From Octopus bimaculoides (taxonomy: Eukaryota): DNA of 64,000 nt. The stretch covers positions 35,087,642 to 35,151,641 of the forward strand of contig NC_068991.1 in assembly GCF_001194135.2 (NCBI RefSeq), written 5' to 3'. The notes beneath the pieces were generated by a model. The model worked only from the letters and a program-made list of their open reading frames with translations, ran no database searches and was not told the origin of the DNA. A program made the translations under genes and the position numbers. This document shows, piece by piece, positions 26,777-39,929 of the stretch (positions are counted from its first letter, which is position 1; each line of letters starts with the position of its first letter).

Positions 26777-26989
<213 letters not shown>

Positions 26990-27228
26990 TAATGAAACAG
27001 TACTGTGACTTCCAAATCTGTACATGTTCTCTATAGTATATGTTATGTAATAATGTATTTCATATATATGTTTGTTTTTGCATTTATTTCTGAAATAATC
27101 ATGTGGATGTGTTCTTGAATGGTCATTTTGTTAGTTGCTTTGTTCCAACTGTAAACTATGTATATCTGAAAAATTGTTTCTACCACAAAAGAGAAATAAT
27201 TATTGAAATGAATTTCATCATATTTCAG

Positions 27229-27403
27229 TGTATGATTCAGTTGGTAAATGAAGCTCACTTCATGTATACTAGTGAACTAGAGACTGTTGCATCATTGTGT
27301 TTCCGTGCACTGGATGGATCAAACTATGATGTAAGGTGTGTAGTTGCTGTATTGCTGGGAAATCTCATGGCAGTTGCACAGTCTCAAAAAGCTACATCTC
27401 TAA
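27229..27403 (+). CDS. HEATR5B: HEATR5B exon: CMIQLVNEAHFMYTSELE...AQSQKATSL
   Basis: tttcag / gtaagt boundaries; 175 nt, phase 0 to 1. Confidence 0.92.
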
Positions 27404-30116
27404 GTAAGTAATCTTATTTATTTTCAATTGTCATCTGACCATTTCCTAACTTTTTCCTTTTTTGTAAAATAAATTGCCTTCTCTTTGAAATGAAATTGAA
27501 TTATTGAATTCAATTTAATCACCTAATAACTGAATTTAAACTAAACTAATAAGGATGAGTCTAATTGATATAACACCATACCTTTGTAAGAAAGGGAAAG
27601 TCAGTTGAANNNNNNNNNNNNNNNNNNNNNNNNNNNNNNNNNNNNNNNNNNNNNNNNNNNNNNNNNNNNNNNNNNNNNNNNNNNNNNNNNNNNNNNNNNN
27701 NNNNNNNNNNNNNNNNNNNNNNNNNNNNNNNNNNNNNNNNNNNNNNNNNNNNNNNNNNNNNNNNNNNNNNNNNNNNNNNNNNNNNNNNNNNNNNNNNNNN
27801 TGCATCTCCAAAAGGTGCCTGACTTTGTATTTAATCAAGCCCAGAAAATGAAAGACAGGAGGTCATGTATATTAGAATTCAGAATGGAAAATTAAACAGG
27901 CATGCATTCACACATACTCAAACACACATTCATACAATGTATTTCTGAATTATTTTTATCATTTAAAAGTAATAAATTGCTGAATACTTGGAAATGTGTA
28001 GAGGCTGTTGTATGCGTGTGAACAAATGATTTATGTCTACCATGTAATATTCAAATGAGTATGTGCTGGATGTGTTTTATCATGGTGCCAACAATGAAGA
28101 CACAAGATTAAAGGATTAGTGGGTAAGAGAAAGGAGGCTATGATGGGAGAAAAGTGGGTGCTTGGAGTTTAAGAGAAGTAGAAGGGCAGTGATGAAAATG
28201 TGGCAGTGCTTGGGGAGCATTTCAAAAGAGAGATGGTAGTAGCAGCTACACACTTGTCAAGGTGGAAGAGAGAGTGAGTGATGGATATTAATGATCAACT
28301 AGGGGAGATGGAGTGATGGCTGGCTGCACAGAAAGAGTGATTGTAGGATATATTGGATATGACTAGGTCTGATGCTATCCCTCATTGACAGGCATTTTGA
28401 TAGAAGGCAAGGTAGACCATACATTGTTCCTAAACCCCACTGACAAATAAGAGAAGCTGATTGAAGAGAGATTGAGAGTTAGAGGAATCTGATTCCATTT
28501 ATATGCCTAGTTTCTAGATTTTTTTATTATTTGGGTTGTGATTTAGGTTCAAGTTACATGATGTGCAAAGATCTTTGAAATAACCGAAAATATCTATACT
28601 TTATGTAAACTGTGGTACACAATAGTATAGTTGAGACAATCTATTCATGTTTTTCTTGGTTCTGTCCGATCCACTTTATGCCTTTTCTTTACTGACTCTC
28701 TCACCCTCGCCCTTTCTTTCTCTTCTGTCATCAGTATTCTTCTCTTCCCTTTCACACTCTTCCTTTCTTTTGCCAGCTCTTTGTATCTTCTGTCTGCTCT
28801 CTCTCACTCTGTCCCTCTAGCCTCTACTCTTCTCATTTTGTTTTACCTTTCCTCCCTGGCTCTTACCTCTGGTTCTCACTCTTTCTTCTTGTTTCCTTTC
28901 CATCTTGGTTATCTCATTTAGTCTCACCTACCTCACTCCTTTGCTTTATTTCTGTCTGTTCGTCTGTTTCTCTCTCACATGCACTTACAATCAGACAAAC
29001 ATAACTAGAAGCTACTAGAAATATGGTTCAGATTAATTTGTACAAATATGTGATGGAGAATTTTATAGTTTAATTACTTGATAATTCTGTCAGTGTTAAA
29101 TGACCTGTTAAATTGTGAAGTCTTTTGACCATTCCAAGAACAGCAAATAAGATATCTGAATTTTCTTGGAACTCTAGTTTCTCTCTTACTGAAGTTACAA
29201 TAACAACTTTCTTAATAAAAGGCTTCTCTGAAATTTTATTTGTTTTCTCTCATAATTTGCCAGCATTAACCATTACCATATGTAATAACTCATTCAATCT
29301 TTGCTTTACACATCCACATATTTTTCTTACTGTTTGTTTCTCTTAGTAATCTACCCATTTTGTTTGTTTACTTGTGCTTTCAATGAAAAAAAAAAACCTG
29401 TATTACATAATTGCTTTTACTATTTTTAATGCTAAATCTGCAGTGGCAAGCAGTTTTATACAGAAATATACGTGTTATTTTTAATGTGTCTTTGGGTGTT
29501 GTGAATTGATATTACCACTACTTCCTTTTGTTTACTTTGACTCACTAAAGCAGATGATGTTTTTAGTACATCTAAAAGACTTTTCTAATATAGGTTAATT
29601 TTTTTGTCATTCATCATTTAAAATTTTGTTTGGGTTATGTCATAGTTTCTTTCTATTTTGTCATTATGTTGGAGGAAGAAAGTCATTTTTTTTTTAGTCT
29701 TTTTTAGATCAGAAGATTGTTTTTGGGACTAATGTGATATGGTTAGTGTAGTGCTTGAAGGGGAAGTTAATGTATTGTAACATATATATGAAAAGAGAAT
29801 TATTGCTGTTGTTTAACCCTAAATCAGCCCAAGTGACCAGACTTGTGAATCAAAAACATTTCAGCCAAGACCATCTTCTCTTTTTGCATTGTTTTCATAT
29901 CTTGCATCTCTTTGATCCATTTACATATACCATAGATTTTTCCACAATTCTTCACTTGATTGTGTGTGGTGTGCTATTAGTCTTCAGATCCTATGTATAT
30001 GCAAATTGTATTGTTATGGAATGTCTGGGGTGAGTGGGTTTGCAGGGTGACTATTTGTGTGTTTAATGTGTTACCCAGTTAATTAGACTTATATAGATGA
30101 GTATTCTAGATTGGGA

Positions 30117-31100
30117 TTATGAAGGCATAGAGGCTTGCATGAAGACAAAAGAAGCTATTCTACCGGTATTTCGAAAATACATAAAGGCCCATGTTTTATT
30201 GTTCAGTATCTTTTTAGTTTCGTAGAATTTGTCAAGTTTTTTATTATTCATTGAGGCTATTATTGTGGCTAAGTTATTAGTCAGACTCTGGCCTATTCTG
30301 ATTTTATTCCTAAATAATTCTGTGTATTTATTATTAACATTTAGGTGTTTGTCTATGATTTTCATTAATGAGCGAACTATATTTGATTTAAGGTGCATGG
30401 TGTAGGGGATTACGAGCCAGATATTATCACTATTTTGTTTATTTTTTGTGTTGTTTTTCCTAGTGTAGAAGCTTCCTTTCTTACTTCGGATTCGTGTGAA
30501 GTTATGGGTGTATCTTGGTTATATCCATAGTTATGTTTCACTTTCATGTTTCTTATGTCTGTACTATTGGTGTTATTATCGTAGGGTTCGTGTAGGTTCA
30601 AAGACCTAGTTTTTTTGCTATTAATAGGGTTCATATTAGTTGGTTGGGTGACTTTAGTTTTATTGGTACCGCCGTATAGGTTTATACTATTATTTTTGTA
30701 GGGGCTGTTATTTTGGGCCTTATTTGCATACTTTGTGTTATTAGTTATGTTAATATTGTTAATCTTATTTAATATCAGTTTGTTGGTATTATTGTTGAGA
30801 TTATTTTTGCTGTTGTTAGTGGTTTGTGTATAGGCCTTAGCATTGTTCATATTAGTGTTGTTTCTATTGGAGTTACTCGTAATTATTCTATTGTTGGTGT
30901 AGTTTGTGCTGGTGCATGGTGTGTGGTTGGCATTAGTGGTATTAGTGAGTGGATTCCTGTTATTTGGGCTGCTTATAGGGTGATTAAGGTTTAGGCATTT
31001 GATTTTCTGTTTATATCCTGCTTTCTGTAGTGTGGATTTATAGGCTTCTTTATGTCTGTTAAAGATGTCTATGTTGGAAGAGAGGCGTGATATTCTAATG
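30117..31100 (-). mobile_element. Penelope-like element fragment (RT thumb/linker region) with Asn/Thr-rich expansion
   Basis: SIRISRLSSNIDIFN..YKSTLQKAGY and, after a frameshift, NIWLVIPYTMHLKSNIVRSLMKIIDKH, resembling the PLE IIWFNPP..IDKHF motif. Confidence 0.65.
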
Positions 31101-31131
<31 letters not shown>

Positions 31132-31134
<3 letters not shown>

Positions 31135-31237
31135 TCATCATCCTCATCATCGTTTAACGTCTGCCTTCCATGCTAGCATGGGTTGGACGATTTGACTGAG
31201 GACTGGTGAAACCGGATGGCAACACCAGGCTCGAATC
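31132..31237 (-). repeat. Short RTE 3' UTR tail copy
   Basis: catcatcgtttaacgtc..catgctagcatgggttggacgatttgactgaggactggtgaaacc, near-identical to 8745-8830. Confidence 0.85.
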
Positions 31238-31239
31238 TA

Positions 31240-31972
31240 ATATATGTAAATGTATATGTATAAATGTATATGTATATATATATATATATATAAATGTATA
31301 TGTATATATATAAATGTATATGTATATACATATGTATGTATATGTATATACATATGTATGTATATGTATATACATATGTATGTATATGTATATACATATG
31401 TATGTATATGTATATACATATGTATGTATATGTATATACATATGTATGTATANNNNNNNNNNNNNNNNNNNNNNNNNNNNNNNNNNNNNNNNNNNNNNNN
31501 NNNNNNNNNNNNNNNNNNNNNNNNNNNNNNNNNNNNNNNNNNNNNNNNNNNNNNNNNNNNNNNNNNNNNNNNNNNNNNNNNNNNNNNNNNNNNNNNNNNN
31601 NNNNNNNNNNNNNNNNNNNNNNNNNNNNNNNNNNNNNNNNNNNNNNNNNNNNNNNNNNNNNNNNNNNNNNNNNNNNNNNNNNNNNNNNNNNNNNNNNNNN
31701 NNNNNNNNNNNNNNNNNNNNNNNNNNNNNNNNNNNNNNNNNNNNNNNNNNNNNNNNNNNNNNNNNNNNNNNNNNNNNNNNNNNNNNNNNNNNNNNNNNNN
31801 NNNNNNNNNNNNNNNNNNNNNNNNNNNNNNNNNNNNNNNNNNNNNNNNNNNNNNNNNNNNNNNNNNNNNNNNNNNNNNNNNNNNNNNNNNNNNNNNNNNN
31901 NNNNNNNNNNNNNNNNNNNNNNTATATATATGTATGTATGTATATATGTATATATATATATGTATGTATGTA

Positions 31973-32003
<31 letters not shown>

Positions 32004-32070
32004 GCATGTGTATGTATATATGTATATATATATATAAAATTGTATGTATGTATATGTATATATGTATGTA
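31240..32070. repeat. (TA)/(TATG)-based micro- and minisatellite spanning an N gap
   Basis: Repeats of tatgtatatacatatgtatg; gap at 31453-31922. Confidence 0.9.
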
Positions 32071-32172
32071 TATATATATATGGGAGAATTTACGAAAAAA
32101 CAACAACAGACGAGGACAGGTGGTATAAACCACAAAAGGATGTATTAGTTTAATGCTCGGGAATAGAGAAAG

Positions 32173-32209
32173 TCTTTAACGTTTAGAGCTACGCTCTTCA
32201 ACAGAAAGA
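32173..32209 (-). ncRNA. Decayed minimal type I hammerhead-like motif (PLE-type)
   Basis: TCTTT-CTGTTGA-A-GAGC gta GCTC-TAAA-CGT-T-AAAGA: stems I and II pair and stem III is the ACGT palindrome; the core has U at position 6 and G12 to U. Confidence 0.5.
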
Positions 32210-32360
32210 AATAAGGAGAAAAACAAGGAGAAAAAAAAATATAAATGTAGTGGTCAGCGATCTATCATGGCGAATGCCGGACAGAAAATTCATGTGTATA
32301 TATATATGTATATATATATATATAGGTATGTGTGTATATATATATATATATGTATGTGTG

Positions 32361-32391
<31 letters not shown>

Positions 32392-32434
32392 ATATATATA
32401 TATATATGTATGTGTGTATATATATATATATGTA

Positions 32435-32469
<35 letters not shown>

Positions 32470-32841
32470 GNNNNNNNNNNGGTAGTGGCGGACGAAAAAC
32501 AAGACAGGAAAATGAAACGTTGAATAAACACACAAGCAAAAAGACTGTACAGCCAGACGTGAAGTGTGTACGTATTGAACGCTGTGAAGCACGAACAGGA
32601 GGGGCAAAGAAGTACGTGCGAGCTTCGGGAGTCCAAGAACGAAACGAAATAGCAGCCGGACACACATGACCAAGACTGTGTAAAGAGAAAGAGTAGCACA
32701 GAGAGAAGAAGGGGAGGAAGTAGAAGAAAAATGAGCAATGAGAGGTAGAGAGGGAGAGAGATAGTAGTAGTAACGGTGAGAGGGGAAGGAGGAGTAACAA
32801 GAGATAGAGATAGTAGTGACAGGTAGAGGCGAAGAACAGTA

Positions 32842-32941
32842 NNNNNNNNNNNNNNNNNNNNNNNNNNNNNNNNNNNNNNNNNNNNNNNNNNNNNNNNNNN
32901 NNNNNNNNNNNNNNNNNNNNNNNNNNNNNNNNNNNNNNNNN
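32842..32941. other. 100-N assembly gap (probably of unknown size) directly before a splice acceptor
   Basis: Exactly 100 N, followed by tttttttgtttcacag. Confidence 0.8.
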
Positions 32942-32943
32942 TT

Positions 32944-33075
<132 letters not shown>

Positions 33076-34050
33076 TAACTAAACAACATCTCGTAGGTAT
33101 GATTCAACTTGTTGGGGTTTAAAATAAACTCTCTTCTCTGGTTTACTCCATTCATTAACTAAACAATCATCTTCCAAGGATGCTATTGCTATGGAGAAAT
33201 GCATATTTTCATTTGTCTTGCTCAGTTTTACATTTTAGCATTTTGCTGAGATTTTTCTTGAGAACACATTTTAAGTTAAAACCTGTTTTTAAAGTTCCCA
33301 ATGGAGTTATTGAATGCTAAGGTAGACCGAATAGTTATGACAACAAGAAAAATGTACCAAGAGTGAAAGGTGGATCAGAGTTTTTTTATTTAACTGACAC
33401 GAAATAAACCAAAATATGTCAGTTTGTATTGTCTCTAGTCAAATGTAGGGAATGCTTCTTGCCTCAGTTGCGTGGCTACTCCTAGTTTAGTTGTAATGAC
33501 AACAGCTATAAAAGCAACTTCTCCACTGATAGGCAAGTACCAGAATTTTCAAAAATCATCCTACCTCTGTTATAGAAAAATAAATATTAATAGCAAAAAA
33601 GTTTTAAAACATAAGGGATACATACTCTTTTATATACAAACATATTTGCATATGAATTAGAAGGGTGAAGAATGAAGAAAATAACCTCATCTCATTATTA
33701 TGTATTTAACTTACTGTGTGGAGCCTTCTTAATATTTGATTTTTTACAGCCTGAAAAGCGAGTTGTGAAATTCATAAAGTTGATAGCATTATTACTATTC
33801 AAATAATTATAAAGATATAAACCTTTGAGCTGGTAATGTGTGAGTTTAGTTTCTAATCAAAGGAACAGTGTTACATCATTGAATATTTTCTGGGGTGTTT
33901 CAAAATTCTGAAAAAAAAAAAAAAATTCAAGGTAACCATAGATTAAATTGGTTGGCTGTTTAACAAAAAAGACTTGGTGGTAAAAACTGTATTTTAACTT
34001 TTAGACTGATGGAGATTCCAACTGTGTGTTACCGTTATTTATAATAGTAA

Positions 34051-34383
<333 letters not shown>

Positions 34384-34559
34384 TAAGTTCTACTCTACAT
34401 TTTTTTCATCCATCAGCTGTAGTCCTTCTGCAATCCTTTTGTACTCTCTCCAAAGAATATGGATGTCTTACAGTTTGAAAACCATTGTATTTAATATAGA
34501 TGCTTTTTTTTTTCTTTCTTTATGGAATTCTTTAAATAATTTTTTAAAAATTTTCTCAG

Positions 34560-34659
34560 CAATGCAAAGCTTCCTGCAGAACTGTCGAGAATTGGTAACT
34601 GAAGATGTCATTCGCAGGCTTCTGGCCCCTCTAGAATGTGCTCTAATTATGCTGTCTCA
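34560..34659 (+). CDS. HEATR5B: HEATR5B exon: MQSFLQNCRELVTEDVIRRLLAPLECALIMLS
   Basis: ttctcag / gtaagt boundaries; phase 1 to 2. Confidence 0.9.
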
Positions 34660-34823
34660 GTAAGTATTTCAACAATTAAGTTTGAACATTTTGCATTTTT
34701 AATAAAGTTTTGATACGCTTTCCAGAAGCCTATAACTGACTAACTCTGGTGTTGATAGCATTAAGAAAACTCAAAACAAATCTAATTAGAATGCTGCCCT
34801 ATATCTGATAAATTCCTCTGAAT

Positions 34824-35817
34824 AACAATTGCAGCGTGGAAGGTGTTTATAAGCCATTTAAAATAACACACAAAGACCGTTAGATTCACTTCAACATTTA
34901 AATTTAATTTGTCAAAATATTTTCGTCCCTTTGAGACCATGACCTGTTCACTGACAAAATTCTGTGCTGCATCTGAGAAAGTAACAGTTAGTTCATGATA
35001 TATATGTACGTATGTATGTATATACGTATGTACGTATGTATGCACATATGTACTTATGGATGTACGTGAGTAATAGGGTAAGTGTGTAGACGTGTTTGTG
35101 TGTGTGTGTGCACATGTGTATGTACATGTGAACGTATGTTTATTTACTGATATGCGTGTGTCAGTTCAAGTTGTCTACATGACTGTTTCTTTGTTGAAGG
35201 TTGTATACACACATACACATATATATGCATATACATATATGTAGACACTCACACATATGTGTGTGTGTGCGTTTGTCCCTCTCACCACCTCTCACTCGCA
35301 TATATGAGTGTCTACATATATGTATATGCATATATGTGTGTGTGTGTATACAACCTTCAACAAAGTAACAGTCATGTAGACAACTTGAACTGACACACGC
35401 ATATCATATCAGTAAATAAACATACGTTCACATGTACATACACATGTGCACACACACACACAAACACGTCTACGCGCTTACCCTATTACTCCTGTATATC
35501 CATAAGTACATATGTGCATACTTACATACATACATACATGTGTATAGGCATGCATACGCATGTGCACAGATGCATACGCACACACATGTACACATATACG
35601 TACATGCATACATACATACACACATACATACGTACATATATATCATGAACTAATTGTTACTTTGTCAGATGCAGCACAGAATTTTGTCAGTGAACAGGTC
35701 ACGGTCTCAAAGCGCCGAAAATATTTTGACAAATTAAATTTAAATGCTGAAGTGAATCTAACGGTCTTTGTGTGTTATTTTAAATGGCTTATAAACACCT
35801 TCCACGCTGCAATTGTT
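34824..35817. repeat. ~1-kb inverted duplication (left arm ~430 bp, loop ~50 nt)
   Basis: aacaattgcagcgtggaagg.. mirrored by ..ccttccacgctgcaattgtt. The internal unique and microsatellite sequence is mirrored too; the right arm has an extra microsatellite block. Confidence 0.92.
35683..35733 (+). ncRNA. Minimal type I hammerhead-like motif with G3:C8 core (mirror copy on minus strand near 34908-34958)
   Basis: TTTGTCA-GTGAACA-G-GTCAC ggtctcaaa GCGCC-GAAA-ATAT-T-T-TGACAAA: 7-bp stem I and palindromic AATATT stem III; stem II partly mutated. Confidence 0.6.
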
Positions 35818-36570
35818 TTCGTTCGAGCACACAATCTCAGATCAGATCACTTGCTATGCAAGTACATCTCCGCAATTCCTCTGAATAACATAATTAGATA
35901 AGCTGAGATTTGTAGAAGTATGTGTCACCAGTGATACAACAAATTATTCTACTACAGAATATGAACTCATGACACAAAAACCATTAGTTTTGATCACTAG
36001 TACTTGCTATCATTGTTTAGTTTTGTTGTTATTTGGAGTAACTGCATTTAGACTTTTGAGGCTCCCTATATTGATTTGAATAATGATTAAAATCTGTCAG
36101 TGCAGATAATTATAACCATTGGTGGATAATTCTCATCATGAAAAATGAATTGACTCTGTTACATACTGGATGTGTAATCAATATTTCTCTTTATTTTTTT
36201 TTTTTACAAGAAAACATTACTTCAGTTTTTCTCAGATTTGGTGCACTTAATAAATAATTCATAAACAGTACCTGGACTGTAATGAACTCCAGGTTGCTGT
36301 TTAACCTCAGGTCAACCTTAACTGAGCAAACCTATGATCAAAAGTTATGAGCTTCCTGTGTTTTTAGGGATACCTTGGAACTCATTAACTTACACTTCCA
36401 TGTTTAAGATCTGGGGGAAATTTGATTGCTACTTCTATATGTTCCAGCACCCAGATAAAGGTTTCTTTATTGAACTTCAAGCAATTGTGAAATCATGTCT
36501 ATGAAATTATTCATTGGAAAGTGCTTGAAAGTTTATAATTTGTAAAATTGATGACAGGCTTCACTTTTAA

Positions 36571-37090
36571 CCCTTTCAATACCAACCTAGCTGAAACCGC
36601 CTCTGGCTCTGTAGTACAAATATCTTGTTTTCATAAGTTTTGAATTAAAATCTTCCACCAAACCTTAGTCACAATTTATGTTCCTAACACCAACTTAATG
36701 ATAACTAAGCTATTTTACTAAATTCTTTGTTATATTTAAAATTAATTGAAAGAAACAAAGCATCATCATCATTGTCGTTTAACGTCCGCTTTCCATGCTA
36801 AGCATGGGTTGGACGATTTGACTGAGGACTGGTGAAACCAGATGGCTACACCAGGCTCCAATCTGATTTGGCAGAGTTTCTACAGCTGGATGCCCTTCCT
36901 AACGCCAACCACTCCGAGAGTGTAGTAGGTGCTTTTACGTGCCACCGGCATGAAGGCCAGTCAGGTGGTACTGGCAACGGCCACGCTCAAAATGGTATCT
37001 TTTACGTGCCACCTGCACAGGAGCCAGTTCGGCGGCACTGGCAACGATCTCGCTCGAATGTCTCTCAAAATAAATACGGTAAGAAAAGGG
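36571..37090. mobile_element. piggyBac-like MITE interrupted by an RTE 3' UTR copy (~36762-37060)
   Basis: TTAA-CCCTTT...AAAGGG-TTAA; the 5' part is colinear with 51470-51691. Confidence 0.8.
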
Positions 37091-37752
37091 TTAATTCATG
37101 GTTAGTGGTAGAAAGGGCATCCTGGAGTAAAAATACATTATTTCAGCTCAATAGTATTTGTAAAAGTTGCAACATGTATGCTACATGTTTAAAAATTGTT
37201 AAAGATTTCTTTAAAAAATGGAATCAAATGGAATTTATATTTTATGTTTAATACTAACTAAGCAATATTCTTTTTGTTATAATTGTACTAAATCAACATT
37301 ATATCTGTATTTAGCCATCACTAGCTTTCTCAAATATTGGTGATATTCTTTGATTAGTCTATTTACATTGGTTATCTATAACATGGTTTATATTGATCAG
37401 CAATGTTTCATATGTTCAAAATTATTATCACTTTTGTTTTGAGTTTCTTGCTTGATCAATTTCAGTGTCTTTCAGAAACTGCTTCATTCTATGTATCTAA
37501 AGATACATAAAATTTATGTTCTGAAAGTTTAAAATGCACTCTCAGTAGCTGTAATATGCATTTTTTAAAATTTACTTTTAAAATCTCCAACATTTATAAG
37601 AAACTGAAAACATTACTTTCTAAATGAAGCTTTAAAAGAACATTCTAAAACTATCTTTAGATTGGCAAACAAACCAGTAGATATAGACTATGTTTCAAAA
37701 TCATTATCACCATCACCATTTAGGAAAAAGATTCCTTTCAGCATTTATGTAA

Positions 37753-37926
<174 letters not shown>

Positions 37927-39929
37927 TAAACTTAGTAAAGTTTATTTGCCAACATAATGTGGCATTTCTATACAAGTTATTTTAAACTTATTTTTTGGTT
38001 ATGTTTATTACCTTGGTAGTTTATTTTGCCACTATATTGTCTAGTTTTTCTTTCATATGAAAGTATACTTCTTGTAGATAACTAATTACATGAAGTATAA
38101 TTAGTATTGGCTTTTAGCCAACCTGTGGCTTACACCTTTTGACTCATGAAGACCTCTTATATGATTGTTGATATGTGTGATCTGAAGTTTTGGTGTGTTG
38201 AAAATGTATAAAATCACATACTTCAAGGCTTTATATGCTAATATCAAAGACACCCTCTGGATCAGAATTTTTGATGCAGATGGAGTCCTTGTTGAAAAGT
38301 AGGGTCTTTCTTGCATGAAGTATGATCTTCTCTGATATTATAGTTCTTTGCAAACTCTATTGCACTAGTGAGTTGGGTCATAAGATATCAAATTAAGTAA
38401 ACTTGTGTATTTTATTATTTCCATTATTATTATATGACTGTTTTTCTATTGCAGGAGATTAGTTGCTCTTTTTATATTATGATTTTGCTACTTATTTTCT
38501 TACTGATTAACTTTATCTTGGATTTGGTGGGGTTAATAAGCCTACATTTGGGAATTAGAGATGAAATGTTCTTCGTAGACCTTGAGTGTTATGAATACTT
38601 TGTAATAAGCTAATGTTTCCAGCTTGAAGTCTACTTTTAATTCTTGTGCTATTTTCATTGCCTCATTACATTATGTAGCACACTCTTTGTTCCTGGTGTT
38701 ACAAATATTGTTTATTTACTGCTTGTGTTGAAAAATGTAGAGAAAATGGCTGTTATTTCCTTCAAACTTTGCTTTTGTGACTTGAATAATGGTATTTTGA
38801 AAGTAACCTATTTCCATTTAGAAAAGGGAGAATTTAGACATTTTCATTTATGTAAGGTCAGACAAAAAACTTACAAATTAAACTTAACATGTATCACACA
38901 AAGTGAATACTAAAGTTTAGCAGTAAGTAGTTTTTCAAGATTTAAGATTGTAATGTAAAACTCTTTCAAGTATTGGCTTCTAAATATAGTCTCTCATCAT
39001 GTTTTTGTTATACATTCCTTTGTAGCAAGGTTCAAAGTCTAATATATCTTTGTGGAAGCACTCATCTTGCTCCACTTAGTATATTTGCATATTCTCCTTT
39101 GAGACTTTCAGCAACATCCTGCAACTTATTTTGCTGTAATTCTTCATGAAAATTTCCACCAACTCCTCATAGATTTTCTGCTTTGTAATGGCCCAAAAGT
39201 ACTGAATCACTATGACAAAGTTACATTCTTTGGTCCATCTGAAACACTTGTTTTGACCTCTGCCTCAGACAGTTTGGGGAAGAAGTCTTGAAAGTAGTCA
39301 AAGGTTTCAGATTATTCATCAGGAGTCATGACAAATTCTTTCATAAAACCCAGTATTATGTGTATGTGAGCTTCTGGAACAACACCTTCCAGGAGCTCAC
39401 TAACAATTCACACTTCTTCCACACAGACAATTCAGTCTATTGTGGCCAGTGCCACATGTGATAGTGTGTTGCATTGTCTCTGTCAAAGGCAAAGATAGCA
39501 AGGAAACTTGGAAAGTCACTGTGGAGACCCATCTGGAAGACCATCAGGTCTCCAATAACTTCCCAATTATAGCCATCATACTTCAAGTTACCTAGCAAAG
39601 TCTCAACAATTGTTTTCTTCTTTGAAATGTGCTGAGTGAGCTAGTGGAAAAGATAGATACATTTTTCCCATTATGGATCAGCACAGCTTTAAGGCTCTTA
39701 GGTTATAGAATATTTATTGCCTCAAACAGGCTGGTTACATTGTGGTACAAGCAGTGTCCATCTAGATGAATGAAGAACCTCATAAAATCCAGATGACTTT
39801 TAACCTGGCACTCTTTGATCTAACCAGTTTCACTACTTGAGCCTAGATATGGTTTTCTCTCCTTAGCTGCACCTCTGAAATTACAATGCCTGCAGTGAGA
39901 GCTAGCAGTGACTTTCATGAGGCAGTATG

